This document shows positions 1 through 11,600 of a DNA stretch of 64,000 bases, piece by piece (position 1 is the first letter of the stretch; every line of letters starts with the position of its first letter). The position numbers were made by a program, and so were the translations under genes. The notes beneath the pieces were generated by a model. The model worked only from the letters and a program-made list of their open reading frames with translations. It ran no database searches and was not told the origin of the DNA. Origin of the DNA: a virus. Taxonomy: Duplodnaviria > Caudoviricetes. The DNA lies in IMG/VR virus record IMGVR_UViG_3300026549_000071, positions 1 through 64,000 of that record; one strand, written 5' to 3'.

Positions 1-2
1 AT

Positions 3-293
3 GTAGGATGCAGCGGAATGTTTCCTAGTTCTTATCTCTTCTTCAGTATTCAGTTGGCTGGATTATCTGCTCCGATTCTTGGTAATATGAGAGTTACCAT
101 TCCAAGTAGACTCTATACTTGGGCAGGGCATATGGAATCCAGAATTGTAAAGGATAATGAATACTATGGAGGAACCATGGAAGGAGATATCCTAGAACGA
201 TTTGATAGCCATAAGATCAACTATAGATATCAAACAGGAAAAATCTACGATATGTCATTCGTAAAACAGCTTCCAAGAGTTCAAGTAGAATAA
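3..293 (+). CDS. 3' part of a hypothetical protein entering from the left window edge
   Basis: Frame is open from the window start to TAA at 291-293 and is followed by a hairpin and T-run. Confidence 0.6.
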   Translation, partial: VGCSGMFPSSYLFFSIQLAGLSAPILGNMRVTIPSRLYTWAGHMESRIVKDNEYYGGTMEGDILERFDSHKINYRYQTGKIYDMSFVKQLPRVQVE

Positions 294-536
294 AAAAATG
301 AGCCGCAACTTTCGTCGCAGCCCATATGCGAAGACGATGTTCATCACATCGTCTTCGCTTTCTTCAGCAGTAACCTTCCCATTGATAGCTCTTTTACGAG
401 ATCAATCATTTTTGATCTCTTCTTTTCAATTCATTATATGAATTATATCTATCCCTAATCGAAAAAGAATGAATTACCCAAGATATCACAGTCAGCCAAT
501 TTGTGATATCTTGGGTAATATTTTGGTCAAACAATC

Positions 537-800
537 TCAATGGTATGTTTCAATTGAATTACTTTTTAATTCAATTTCTTTATAGTCTCTACACTTGCAA
601 TAAACATTCGTATCATAGAAAGAATATGGGCATGAATTTCTACGAAAGTTCTTGCAATGATATCGATTCTTTGTTTTATACTTAATACTTCGAACGATAT
701 ATGCAAACTCATCATCCGATATTACAATCATACCAATTAATATAGAGATTACAATTGACATCGTAGGAATAAAGAATAATAAGAATTCTGCTTCGGACAT
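537..800 (-). CDS. Small hypothetical membrane protein
   Basis: N-terminal hydrophobic segment and Cys-rich C-terminus; AGGAAG RBS upstream. Confidence 0.5.
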   Translation of the reverse strand: MSEAEFLLFFIPTMSIVISILIGMIVISDDEFAYIVRSIKYKTKNRYHCKNFRRNSCPYSFYDTNVYCKCRDYKEIELKSNSIETYH

Positions 801-887
801 ACGTTATTTCTTCCTTTCAGAAATAATAAAAGTCGTACATAATGCAGTGTACGACTTTTACCATCTTTACATCCCTGGAAGCGTTTT

Positions 888-1268
888 CTAGAAAATATAT
901 TTGAAAAAGTATTGATGGAATGCATGGTTCACGTCATCATCACTTACGTACCCATTAGATTTCATATTATGCTCAAGATACTTTAACACTGCTATTTCTA
1001 ACAATTTTACATGGTTATTGATATTACTTTCGTATACCTTACGTTCTTCCTCCTTCATCGGATACGTAGAACGTAAGGAGAATGTATTCTTTGAGAATAC
1101 TTTCCATTCTTTATCAGATTCGTCAAAACGTAATCCGCATGCGTATTCATGATTATAGGGAGCAAAGTATACTTCCATATAACTATCGCTTGCATCCATA
1201 GTAATCATAACAATCGTTAGGTTACAAAATAACGTTCCATGCGAAAAAATTGTGTATTTAAGATCCAC
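888..1268 (-). CDS. Hypothetical protein
   Basis: 126-aa ORF with GGAAGG RBS, flanked by terminator-like hairpins. Confidence 0.65.
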   Translation of the reverse strand: MDLKYTIFSHGTLFCNLTIVMITMDASDSYMEVYFAPYNHEYACGLRFDESDKEWKVFSKNTFSLRSTYPMKEEERKVYESNINNHVKLLEIAVLKYLEHNMKSNGYVSDDDVNHAFHQYFFKYIF

Positions 1269-1346
1269 AAATATTCACCTTCCTTTTATTATATATTTCC
1301 ATACAGGAATAAAAAAGAAAGCATCGGAAAGTACCGATGCTTTCTT

Positions 1347-3986
1347 TTACCGTTGAAATACTACGGAATGAGATTCATTCGTGAAAGATGCGTATTCTGG
1401 ATCTGTAATGATCAGATTGACTGGGTAGTCATTATACATCTTTGACTGTGTAATCATAAATACTTGCTCGCAACCAATTGCTTTTAATTCCGATTCAATG
1501 GCTGCAAAGAACTTTCGCTTATTCGTATCATACAAAGGACCATCTACCTCATCCAAGAGGATGATATTATAGACTGGCGTAAATGACAGTAAGATTGCAA
1601 AGCTAATTGCAATCGTAGCAACCGATGTTTCTGCTTGAGAAGCATAACGGATGTCACTGACATTGACTCCCTTGGTATAATACGGAATGTTGAACTTCGT
1701 ATCTGTGATTTCAAAATCTCGTAAGATTAATTCTCCTTCAAAGATTTCAGAAATAATCTTATTCGCAATATTCTTCAATGCTCTGCAATAGAACATGATA
1801 TGGACCTTTGGAATTCCAGTCTTACTGGATACGGCATCACGAATCAATTCAGCATACCCATAGTATTTTTGTGTATGCTGAATTTCATCGTTCAGTTGTA
1901 AGAACATCGTTTTCTTTGCTCGTAAGGTGTAGATATCGTCTTCTTCTTGACGAATCTGGAACTCGATATCTTCTACGTTCTTCTTATACTCATACTCTTT
2001 CTTCTCAAAGAGATTCAGTTCTTTACCAATATCTTTCAAGTGCTGAACTTGTAATCCTATTTCACGAAGCTTTGTTTTATATTCGCTACTCTTCAAGTTA
2101 TAAGTCAAGGAGACTTGATAATCTTGGATATTTTCTTCCGTAGCCTTAATTTGCATTTGAATTTTCTTCATGAATTCTTCTAAATGATGAACTTCATCTT
2201 TCAGACGATTCATCTCTAGCACGCATTGTGCCTGTTCATTTACAAGTTCTTGATATGGCTTTTTCGAACCTTTCTTAACTAATTGCATACGCAACTCTGC
2301 ATCTTGCAATTCTTTCTTGTTTCTCAGATATTCCTCATGAAACTCAATCTTCTCCAGTAAGGATTGAATATATGCTGGATTTGGAAAATACTTTTTATTC
2401 TGATTCGCAATACATTCTAAAATGGTATTCTCATCTAACGTATATTCCGTAATTCCTGGTTTGCGCATACTTAAAATTCTTCGTATGGCATATAATCCAC
2501 CAGCAATCTGAGAAAGTCCTTCCAAGCATTCTTGTTCTTCCAAGAGATCCGCTTTCCGAACCTTATTTTTCTTTGAAGATTGTTCATCTAAGATTCTTTT
2601 ATAATACGGGCAATGATTATAGTCTTTACAATTCTCTGGTAAGAATAATACATGGAAATTTCCCTTACTTGGTTTCTTCCCAAGAAGTTGTAATTGCGTA
2701 TCAATCTTTTGCAATCGTTCCTTTGCCCAATTATCCAGTTTATTAAGATCATTCTCATAATATTGGTAATGATCTCTGTAGTAATGCAATGTATATTCTG
2801 GAAGTGTTAGAATCTCATCAAGATGAAAGAGAATCATATTGATTTTATCAACGTCTGAAGTTAACTCTTCTTTCGTCATGGAAGGTAAATCCTTCTCTGA
2901 GAAATTCTTTTGATAATAATCTATCTTTTTCTTTAACTCTCCGATGTATTCCTCAAGCTCAGTCACTTCCATCGAAGATTTTGATTCTTGAATCTCATGA
3001 TCCAAGGATTCATACTTTTCTTGTAATGTACCAATCTTCGTATTATTCGCAGCGATCTTACTGGCATACTGAATACGTTCTTCTTGATAATCATTGATCT
3101 TCTGATGAAACTCCGTTAATGGATCAACTCCATCAATCTTTAGATATACATGTTTTGGTATCTGCAAATGATGAAGTTTTCCTGCAAGATCAGAAAATGT
3201 AGCATTTGCTTCTCTCATACGATCTGCAAATCCATCAAACCTCTCTGCATGAATACTACCTTTATATTCAAAGAACGATTTGATCAGTTCTTCCTTTTTC
3301 TCTTGCAAGTATTTCAATCGACGATTCTTCTCTGAGATACTATCATCTACCGTCGTAATATCGTCGATTCCAAGTTTCTTCTTCTTATCAATTGCAATCT
3401 TCAAAGCATTACTCAATAAACTACTGCGCTCACTTGCAGACTTCTGATCTTTAATATACGATTCCACTTCTGCAAGAAGTTTAGCAATGAACGATTTTCG
3501 GTCGGTTGCACTTAGTCCAATGAAATTCTTTACATTTGGGCCAAGACGCATTAACTTCAAAAAGTTCAAATCAATCTGGAATTCTGTTTCAATCAAAAGA
3601 TTAAACGAAGTAACAGAGCCAGATGGATTCAACTCTTTTCCATCTTTCTTACAGTAAGACGAAATCTTCCGACTCCGTTTCTTACCTTGGTACGTGTAAT
3701 GATGCTCAATATAATATTCATGATCATTATTCGTAAAGATGATTACTTTATGACCATTCTTCCCAGGAATGATAATATCCGAATCATCTCTGGCTTCCAA
3801 ATGACCAAGACCAGCAAACGGGTGGAGATTGCTGAGCACTCCACCCGTTTTACCAGTTCCGTTATTTCCAACGATCAACGTAATGACGTTCTTATGAAAC
3901 TTATGAAAATCTAGCTCTAAACGATTCAAACCCATGCCACTTTTCACCATGGCAAAATTCTCTAATAAAAGATATTCAATCCGCAT
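1347..3986 (-). CDS. SbcC/Rad50 (SMC-like) ATPase
   Basis: Walker A GNNGTGKT, long coiled coils, central CxxxxxC hook-like region, signature-like YASQAE, Walker B IILLDEVD; start set at MRIEY behind a GAGG RBS. Confidence 0.85.
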   Translation of the reverse strand: MRIEYLLLENFAMVKSGMGLNRLELDFHKFHKNVITLIVGNNGTGKTGGVLSNLHPFAGLGHLEARDDSDIIIPGKNGHKVIIFTNNDHEYYIEHHYTYQGKKRSRKISSYCKKDGKELNPSGSVTSFNLLIETEFQIDLNFLKLMRLGPNVKNFIGLSATDRKSFIAKLLAEVESYIKDQKSASERSSLLSNALKIAIDKKKKLGIDDITTVDDSISEKNRRLKYLQEKKEELIKSFFEYKGSIHAERFDGFADRMREANATFSDLAGKLHHLQIPKHVYLKIDGVDPLTEFHQKINDYQEERIQYASKIAANNTKIGTLQEKYESLDHEIQESKSSMEVTELEEYIGELKKKIDYYQKNFSEKDLPSMTKEELTSDVDKINMILFHLDEILTLPEYTLHYYRDHYQYYENDLNKLDNWAKERLQKIDTQLQLLGKKPSKGNFHVLFLPENCKDYNHCPYYKRILDEQSSKKNKVRKADLLEEQECLEGLSQIAGGLYAIRRILSMRKPGITEYTLDENTILECIANQNKKYFPNPAYIQSLLEKIEFHEEYLRNKKELQDAELRMQLVKKGSKKPYQELVNEQAQCVLEMNRLKDEVHHLEEFMKKIQMQIKATEENIQDYQVSLTYNLKSSEYKTKLREIGLQVQHLKDIGKELNLFEKKEYEYKKNVEDIEFQIRQEEDDIYTLRAKKTMFLQLNDEIQHTQKYYGYAELIRDAVSSKTGIPKVHIMFYCRALKNIANKIISEIFEGELILRDFEITDTKFNIPYYTKGVNVSDIRYASQAETSVATIAISFAILLSFTPVYNIILLDEVDGPLYDTNKRKFFAAIESELKAIGCEQVFMITQSKMYNDYPVNLIITDPEYASFTNESHSVVFQR

Positions 3987-4149
3987 GAGTATCATCCTCA
4001 TTTATTTCTGTTCTGTCTCCTAAGACGACCGGTTGAACTGCAAAGAGTGGAGGAGCTTTCTCCACTTCCTTCAGAAGATATTCAAACTCCTCGTCACTCA
4101 ATGCATTTAGTTCTTTCATCAATTCTTCCCAATATTCTTTACTAGTCAT
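3976..4149 (-). CDS. 57-aa acidic hypothetical protein missed by the ORF track (MTSKEYWEELMKELNALSDEEF...)
   Basis: Manual translation; overlaps both neighbours in operon fashion; GAGGAAG RBS. Confidence 0.6.
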   Translation of the reverse strand: MTSKEYWEELMKELNALSDEEFEYLLKEVEKAPPLFAVQPVVLGDRTEINEDDTHAD

Positions 4150-4514
4150 TATTTTTTCTTCCTCGGTTCAAAGACGACTTTATCCGTTTCATAGGTATCA
4201 TCATCGTCATCTTCATAAATATCATCGTTATCATAGTCTTTTGCAATTTGTGCCTCAAAATTTTCTTGGTCATCGTCGTCATACATACCTTCAATGGCAC
4301 TCCCAATATGGACGACAGACCAAACAAACAGTCCTACGAAGAATCCATAGAACATGCAGCCATGTAACGTTGTTACATGTGTCGAACTCACAAAATCACC
4401 GAGAGCAAATCCAATGAAGCATACAAATGCTCCAAAGAACGTAATCCCAGAAATAAACACAATAAGCGTGAGAATACAAATGGCTGCATCTTTCAAACGT
4501 TCAATCATAATCAT
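4149..4514 (-). CDS. Two-TM membrane protein with acidic tail
   Basis: Two hydrophobic segments, Asp-rich C-terminus; TATATATTAT motif upstream. Confidence 0.65.
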   Translation of the reverse strand: MIMIERLKDAAICILTLIVFISGITFFGAFVCFIGFALGDFVSSTHVTTLHGCMFYGFFVGLFVWSVVHIGSAIEGMYDDDDQENFEAQIAKDYDNDDIYEDDDDDTYETDKVVFEPRKKK

Positions 4515-4567
4515 TTTCCTTTCTCTAGATAAATTCTCATAGTTATAATATATATTCTTTGAGAATT

Positions 4568-6019
4568 TTAGTTTATCTGAATCTCATAAATCTGTTTGAA
4601 GATTTCGCGATAATGTTTCTTTCTGGATTTCCACTGGTTGAGAATAGATTTGAATCCACGATCAACCAATTCTCCATAATAGCAGATCGTATCTGGTTTA
4701 TCACGGAACTTACGAAGACGCCCAGATGCTTGGTCTCCATAGTTTCTATGAGCTTCACAGTTTAACACATAACGAAGTTCTTTGATCGTTACCGATTCAC
4801 CCAATGAACTATTCGTAGAGATAATCACTTGGTCTTCATCCAAGACTCGTTGCTTCTCCTTTTGATCAATGGATGAGTTATATACTCCAATCTTGAGATC
4901 TGGATAATTATCTCGTAAGAACTTTTTAATCTCATCACATGCCGCAATTCGAGAAACTAAGATCAATGTACGAAAACCATTCTTAATCGTCATCTTCTTG
5001 ATATTGGCATCCAAGATCTCAAAGAAGTAACAATCATCTTCTACTTGATACATGGAATGATTCCGTGCATTGAAGTAATGCATTCTTGCATTATAGCATC
5101 GCTTTTGATCTTTCATCGTTGGATGAGAGTTATAGAAGTATGCAAGCATAACAATATGCTTTTTTGCATCTGTATAACCAAGTTTACGCTGATCAAACTT
5201 CGGAATATGACGAAAAATATACTGGTAGATATAGTTTGCCTTTGGAGCAGATAACTTCAACGTTGCCGTTAAGTATACCGTTTTCCAGGTATTTGTATAG
5301 CAATCTACATCTGTCGTGTTTCCAAATTCACGATGAGCTTCATCGTATACTTTCAATCCAATTCCAAGTTTTTTGAAGAGCGTATGAACAGTTTCAAATC
5401 CTTCTTCTGCTCCAAGATTATGAAGTGTACGATGAATTACGACAAAAGCTACGTAGTCTTTCGTATCTAGTTTACCTTCCAGAATCTCATGAATATTCTT
5501 ACTATCCAGACGAAGAATCTTTCGTTCATCTGCATCGGTAAACTTCGTAATTTCTTTCACCCAAGTATCTTGGATGACTTGACGATTGACAATGATCATC
5601 GTCTTCACACGAAGATACGTCATCATTGCGATCGTACAAAAGGTCTTTCCTTCACCAGTTTCTGCATTGCAAGATAACTGGCTATAATTCTTATTGACTT
5701 CATATTCCCCGGTACCAATCAAGAACTGAATCATCAATGCTTGAAGTTGATCCCTGGGGAAATTCTGTAGTCGAATGGAAATCGGTTCAAATGGATCGTA
5801 TGTTGTATCTTCCATGATCGAAAATCCACTCAAATGCTGTAGGTGATAAGGATTACCACCAATCATTCGCAGTTCATGACTTTCTTCATCATATACAATT
5901 CCAACGGAATACTTCTTCCAATTCTCTTTATAGATATAAGAATTCTCAATAGATGGGCAATCACCAGGTGTGTAATCCGTAATGCTAATATGTGATCTAT
6001 GTTGAACTATCAGTGACAT
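4568..6019 (-). CDS. Superfamily 2 DNA helicase (UvsW-like)
   Basis: Motif I AETGEGKT, motif II DEAH, motif III TAT, motif VI QASGRLR. Confidence 0.85.
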   Translation of the reverse strand: MSLIVQHRSHISITDYTPGDCPSIENSYIYKENWKKYSVGIVYDEESHELRMIGGNPYHLQHLSGFSIMEDTTYDPFEPISIRLQNFPRDQLQALMIQFLIGTGEYEVNKNYSQLSCNAETGEGKTFCTIAMMTYLRVKTMIIVNRQVIQDTWVKEITKFTDADERKILRLDSKNIHEILEGKLDTKDYVAFVVIHRTLHNLGAEEGFETVHTLFKKLGIGLKVYDEAHREFGNTTDVDCYTNTWKTVYLTATLKLSAPKANYIYQYIFRHIPKFDQRKLGYTDAKKHIVMLAYFYNSHPTMKDQKRCYNARMHYFNARNHSMYQVEDDCYFFEILDANIKKMTIKNGFRTLILVSRIAACDEIKKFLRDNYPDLKIGVYNSSIDQKEKQRVLDEDQVIISTNSSLGESVTIKELRYVLNCEAHRNYGDQASGRLRKFRDKPDTICYYGELVDRGFKSILNQWKSRKKHYREIFKQIYEIQIN

Positions 6020-6111
6020 AGAAAAATTTCATCTACCTTTCAAAAAAATAATCTGCAACGGTTTGTGGGATGAAACTCGATCGTTGCAGATTACTTTCCA
6101 TGAAATTGAAA

Positions 6112-6522
6112 TTAAAGTCCTGACATGAAAATTGTGATCTCTTTCACTTTTCCATCATTCGAAATTGCGTAACGAACAACGTTTCCAAGATCATTCTTAT
6201 AGGTACGATAAACCGTATCCTTGTATTTCCAATTGGCAATTGGATCTACCGAATTATCCGAAACTTCTTTGAAGTAATCTCCAACCGAATTCCCATACAT
6301 CGAATCACCGATCGAACGATAGTCGATCTCCATGACTCTGTTATCCTTCGTGGAGCAGCGATATACATCATCTTTCTCCAAGAACAGATAGCAGACACCA
6401 TCTGACATATAGGGATGAACCTCTTCTGGATTAACTACGTCTCCAACGTTCGGATGTGCAAATACTGCACTGGTCATCATCATAGAACCAATTACCATGG
6501 ATGCAATCAAATTCTTTTTCAT
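6112..6522 (-). CDS. Exported protein with N-terminal signal peptide
   Basis: MKKNLIASMVIGSMMMTSAVFA-HP shows a basic N-region, a hydrophobic core and an AxA-like cleavage site. Confidence 0.65.
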   Translation of the reverse strand: MKKNLIASMVIGSMMMTSAVFAHPNVGDVVNPEEVHPYMSDGVCYLFLEKDDVYRCSTKDNRVMEIDYRSIGDSMYGNSVGDYFKEVSDNSVDPIANWKYKDTVYRTYKNDLGNVVRYAISNDGKVKEITIFMSGL

Positions 6523-6541
6523 GATACTCTTTTCCTTTCGT

Positions 6542-7162
6542 TTACTCCAACTTCGTTGAAATAATATCCATCTCTCCATCGCTATTCGTAAACTTCGCCG
6601 TAATAGTCACATCCAAATTCAAGACGTGAATCCATTTCAGGAAGTATGCAATTGAGAGCTTAGAGGATGGCTTTACGAGATTCGACTTCATATTCGAAAT
6701 CTCATTTTTGAGTTCTGGAATCTTGTTCGGTTTGATTTCTACCCGCATATGATTCAGAATCTCTTTGACCATTTTCTTCAGTGGATCATCATTCTCATGA
6801 ATCGTTGGTAAGAATGCATCATCTGCTGACTCGATGAGTTTGAAGTCCACTTCTTTCAGATTTGCCTTATTCTCGATCTCCTCAAAGATCTGAGGATTCG
6901 ACATTGGGGTGATACGTTCTGCACTGTAGATTTCTTTTTCATCTTCAGATGGTTTCACCCAGATGTAAGTGCCGTCATCATTCTTATAGAACGATGCAGG
7001 CTTCAACGTTTTCTTCTTCTTTCCACGATAGATATAAACATATCCATCATGTACATACCCAAACCCTTTTTCTGGCTTGGTTTTCTCATTCATCGGAAAA
7101 ACCTGAACGTAACTTTCTTCCAGGTCAATCCCATACATACCTTCCGTATTCATTACTACCAC
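6542..7162 (-). CDS. Hypothetical protein
   Basis: 206-aa ORF with AGGAG RBS. Confidence 0.7.
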   Translation of the reverse strand: MVVMNTEGMYGIDLEESYVQVFPMNEKTKPEKGFGYVHDGYVYIYRGKKKKTLKPASFYKNDDGTYIWVKPSEDEKEIYSAERITPMSNPQIFEEIENKANLKEVDFKLIESADDAFLPTIHENDDPLKKMVKEILNHMRVEIKPNKIPELKNEISNMKSNLVKPSSKLSIAYFLKWIHVLNLDVTITAKFTNSDGEMDIISTKLE

Positions 7163-7195
7163 TCCTTTTAAACTAATAACTTGTAAATTTATATT

Positions 7196-7921
7196 TTAAA
7201 TGCTAGGTGGAAAATACTTTTCATCATCTTTATCTAAACGCTTCGATCCATGCTCCTCTGGAATCCAAGGTTTCATATCTTTCAACCTTGCATCCATCAG
7301 ATCATCAATCGGAGTTCTACCTTTCTCCTCTTTTGCATTGATAAATCCTCCTAGTAATAATGATTGGGTTAATAGCATTTGACCAGCATCGGTAATCGAA
7401 ATATTGCTGATCGCATCATATAGCATCATCAGTTCCATCTTCGTTAAATAAATCTTTCTGGAAATCTTATTCAAAGCTAACGAAATTCCAGGAACATAGT
7501 TTTTACTCTCATCTTGTACCACGGATGGCATGATGAGGATATAAGTATCTTCTATCCTATTCAAAACCTTTGGAAGATCTTCTAAGTATAACTGAAGATT
7601 TCCGGATTCATCCTTATAGAAGAGCTTATCAAAATCAAACCGTCCTGCTGCTTGTAACAACCGCAGAAACATTGATTTCGTTGTTTCTTTCAAACTCATC
7701 TTGAGTTTTTCTTGCCCACGATGAAAGGTAACCTTCATCGTTGTATAATAATTGAACGTATTGATACTGAAATCTTTCCAGTCATTTCGTTCTAAGATCA
7801 TTTTTTCACCAGGGATAAATGCTGTAATATAAATCGTAAACCCAGGTGCGGATGCAATGATTCGTTTGGATATTTTTCCAACTCCAGGTCGAAATTGCAT
7901 TGGAGAAACCTCCTTTTTCAC
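7196..7921 (-). CDS. Hypothetical protein (start probably 7900)
   Basis: Long ORF; GGAGG RBS precedes MQFRPG; TATATATTAT motif upstream. Confidence 0.7.
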   Translation of the reverse strand: MKKEVSPMQFRPGVGKISKRIIASAPGFTIYITAFIPGEKMILERNDWKDFSINTFNYYTTMKVTFHRGQEKLKMSLKETTKSMFLRLLQAAGRFDFDKLFYKDESGNLQLYLEDLPKVLNRIEDTYILIMPSVVQDESKNYVPGISLALNKISRKIYLTKMELMMLYDAISNISITDAGQMLLTQSLLLGGFINAKEEKGRTPIDDLMDARLKDMKPWIPEEHGSKRLDKDDEKYFPPSI

Positions 7922-7974
7922 ATTCTTGCTATTATAATATATAATTCAAATTAAAATTGAAAATTACTTTTAAA

Positions 7975-7984
7975 TATATATTAT
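7975..7984 (+). promoter_or_regulatory. Recurrent TATATATTAT motif (putative early phage promoter), representative copy
   Basis: 18 intergenic copies oriented toward the downstream unit: + 7975, 25409, 30225, 30551, 32859, 33698, 36673, 44400, 47033, 51837, 53523; - 4545, 7934, 13613, 15951, 19826, 20170, 25102. Confidence 0.75.
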
Positions 7985-8017
7985 ACTGGTAGAATGGTAA
8001 AGAAGGAGGAAAACATT

Positions 8018-8530
8018 ATGAAAATTACCATTGATTTGAACACCGATGCATATTCCCCTGAGTATGAAAGTTTCATGGATCGTTTCTACCAGAAGGTAGA
8101 ACTCCATGGAGGATCGATCAAGGGAACGACGGGGAATATCTATCGGGAAGAAGGACCAGTAGATATTGCATGGAAGAATAATCGTTACGATAGGAAGAGA
8201 GATTATACTCCCAAGCGTATTGAAGAAGCATTTGAACGCTTTGCAAAGTATTCTGAGATTCTCGATGAATGTGAGCAGAAACTTAGAGTTGCAAGAGACG
8301 ATCGGGATCGTTATGACTTCATCTTGAAGAAGTCAGGAGTTCCGAAAGAGTTCTGGGATCGGAAGTATCCCGCAATTTACCGTAAGTTGGTAGAATCCAA
8401 AATCAAAGTTGCCCTTCTTAATGACGAGTGCGTAAAGTACCGTCAGATTCTCCGTACCGAAAATCGGGTACTTGATAGCAAGATTGCTCATGAGTATCCT
8501 GGGTATGGATATCTTCTTGGGGAAGACTAA
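8018..8530 (+). CDS. Hypothetical coiled-coil protein, probably early
   Basis: GGAGG RBS; TATATATTAT at 7975; terminator after the stop. Confidence 0.7.
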   Translation: MKITIDLNTDAYSPEYESFMDRFYQKVELHGGSIKGTTGNIYREEGPVDIAWKNNRYDRKRDYTPKRIEEAFERFAKYSEILDECEQKLRVARDDRDRYDFILKKSGVPKEFWDRKYPAIYRKLVESKIKVALLNDECVKYRQILRTENRVLDSKIAHEYPGYGYLLGED

Positions 8531-8644
8531 TCATTCAGTATTTTAATTTCATAAGAAAAGAAGGTCGCTTCGTGCAGCCTTCTTTTTTTTTTCTTCTGGC
8601 ACAATACCGTAAGCTCAAGATTTATAAGAAAGGAGAGGTGTCGC

Positions 8645-11600
8645 GTGTTAACAAGACAAATCGACCTTGATACGTTTATATACAATTTACGTGAAATGAT
8701 TAACACCGTCGTTGTCAAACGAGATAAAGAAGCTGCAAAATATGAAACCGTTGCAACTAGAACCCTTGCAGATCAATATATTGCCATGAAAGATGGTTCC
8801 TATGATTTCAATAGTTTTGGTGGATTTGATTCGGACGTATTAGCAGCCGCAGGTATGAATTCTCGTTTGATTTCTATGGTACTTGCCAATGGTAAAGATG
8901 CAATTCCGTACGAGTTTCGTAACCTTGTCGTACAATTGCAGCATGATAAAATTATTGATACATATGTGGAACAAAATACATATTATCGTATGCTTGCTGG
9001 TTTACCACCGATTGATGCAACCGAAGATGATTTTATCTATGCTCCGAAAGATAATAAGTATGAAATTCCTTCTGATACACCAATTCATCTCTTAGATGAT
9101 AGCTATCGAGAATATTTCAATACAACTCCCTTACGAGAGCAATTATACAAAAAGAATCCAGATAAGGAATATATTCTTCATCTTGGTTCTCATAGTATTG
9201 ATTACTATCGCTCCAGGACTGCATTGAACTATGAAATCCTCTATGTAAATCGTTGTGAGAATCCATTCATTGCAGTGGATTTTATGAAGAATTATGGAGC
9301 TGCTAGAAATTACGTTATGCTTGGTCTGTATAATAAAGCAGATCAAAAGACGTATGAAAATTATGATGCTTATATGGGTTTCCTTGTTATGACGATGGCA
9401 ATTCATCGTACATTTACAAGCGTATTTAAGCAGGGAATTACCAGAGATTTCTATGATGATAACTTGATTCGTTATCTTCTTCAGGCTTATAACGTTCAAT
9501 ACATTGAAAGCATTGATACGAACTATCAACGTAGAATTGCAAAGCGTTTGAATGTTTTACTTCAGAAGAAATCTACGAATATGGTTCTTTATGATATTGC
9601 AGATCTCTTTGAGTATAAAGTCAATATCTATAAATACTACTTGATGAAGGATTATAAAAAAGATGTGGATGGGAATCCAATCTTCATCTACCGTACCGTG
9701 TATGATGAAAATAATCAGCCGCATGAAGTTCTTGATCCAGAGAAGACGTATGATATTTACTTCCAGAAGGTAAATATTCGCTCCAAAGATCCTACAGCAG
9801 AACTGTCAAATATTCAGAATCGCATTGAGTATAATGCTCTCTGTGGTGGAGATCCTTACTGGATTGAAGACTCGGATTTGATCAATAAGATCTATAACTC
9901 GAAATTCAACGCAACGATGACGAAATACATGAGCATTGATATCTCATATGAGCTATCCAAGATCATGTATGAAACGTCCTATTGTGTTCGTATGATGATT
10001 GATGATCAGAAGGAATACAAACTCATTACTGTGAAACTTCCCTGGGTATCGGAACCTGTGAGTTTGTTTGATGTGATTGTATTCCTCTGCGCATTAGTTG
10101 CAAAGAAGTTTAATCTTGCTGGAAATGTTCCATTGAAACCTTATCAGATTGCTCAGGTGTATGGATTTAACTTCAAGCAGGATATTCCAATGATCAAGCA
10201 ATCAATCATTGAAAGCTTGGATTCTAAAACGGGTGAGTATCGCTTCGTACGAGAAGAATTACTGGATAAACTGAATGAACTCCATGCAGATACTCTCGAT
10301 GGAGCGAGAAAGATGTTCAATGATATTAATGGCCTTCGTAAATGGCTTGATACCGCTATGAGAACGACCAGTAACCTCATTGAATATGAAGCGTATCGAA
10401 AGATCTACCAAGCTTGCTTGGTTGTAAGAGATGTGCAGGAACTCTATACGAAAAATGACGGTACATATGCATCAACATTCGCAGAGTTATTGAAATCTCG
10501 TCGTCAAGATCTTTATGCCGTTCTTTTGGCTACTGGAGATATTACTGCGAAAGATGATGTTCTTCGGAAGCATGCATATTCCACGTTGAATAATCGCATT
10601 AATAAAGTTCTGGATGTTCTTTCCGATCTTGCAGAAGAATTGAAAGATCTTCGCTATATGAATGATAAAGAAGCAATGGTCAATAATATCGAGAAACTCA
10701 TCAATCAGATGAAATCTTATACCGTTGACCAAACAGCTTCTAACGTTCTCTATCTCGTCAATGATCCTCATCTTTGCTTACTTAAGATTCTGGATTTTAT
10801 GGCAGGAGCAAATAAAATTACTTCTCTGGATGATAAGATTCAATCCATCTTTATGGATGTGATTGATTCCATTATGCCCCGTCGTACATGGCCAGATAAA
10901 ATGACAATTCGAAATAAACTAGAATCGGATATCTGGGTTTCTACGTATGAAGTGATTCGTCTAGCAAATCAGTTAACGTCTGCAAAGATGATTAGTCCAG
11001 CGATGTCAAGTATCATGCTCTATGATGCTTTCCATTCCATTGCAAAAGCTGGATTAATGCCAGATAAGATGATTAAGTTGATGGAGCAATTACGAATCTT
11101 TATTACCGTAAACTGCTTTGATACGATTGATCTGAATGATTTGATTTCTTCTGTGCGATTTGAAGGAACCTATGATGCATGGGTAAACTTTACGGACAGT
11201 CATGGAGCAAGAATCCATCGTTCCAAAGAAGACTTCTTAGATGCATTGAAAGATCAAATTGATATTTATCTTACGATGTCATGCTATGAGATTCTTCGTT
11301 TCCCGTATGATTTATGGATTCAAAAACATCGTACAGGCGTCGATGAACTAATGCTCTATGATAGTGATCGAGAAACGAAGCATGGGTCTTACAATGGATA
11401 CATTGATCTGCAAGAGGAAGTTCATTCTTTTATGAGAGTATACATTGAAGAATATCATCGTTTCATCTTCTATCAATTACTTAAGAATATATCTGGGACG
11501 TATTCTGGATTGCTTCGGATGTACGATACGAATGCTCGAAATGTACTAGAAGATCATCATTATCGTATGCGCTTCTATAAGAAATTCGATATCTTCCCAA

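Noticed and set aside
330-412. 21-codon minus-strand ORF (MIDLVKELSMGRLLLKKAKTM) running into two hairpins
   Set aside because: Weak RBS and no paralogue or other support; cannot be distinguished from chance.
470-520. Long perfect hairpins between genes (also about 6050-6092, 13646-13684, 36679-36718, 46976-47020)
   Set aside because: They sit at gene ends with A/T flanks, are best explained as bidirectional terminators, and share no loop sequence.
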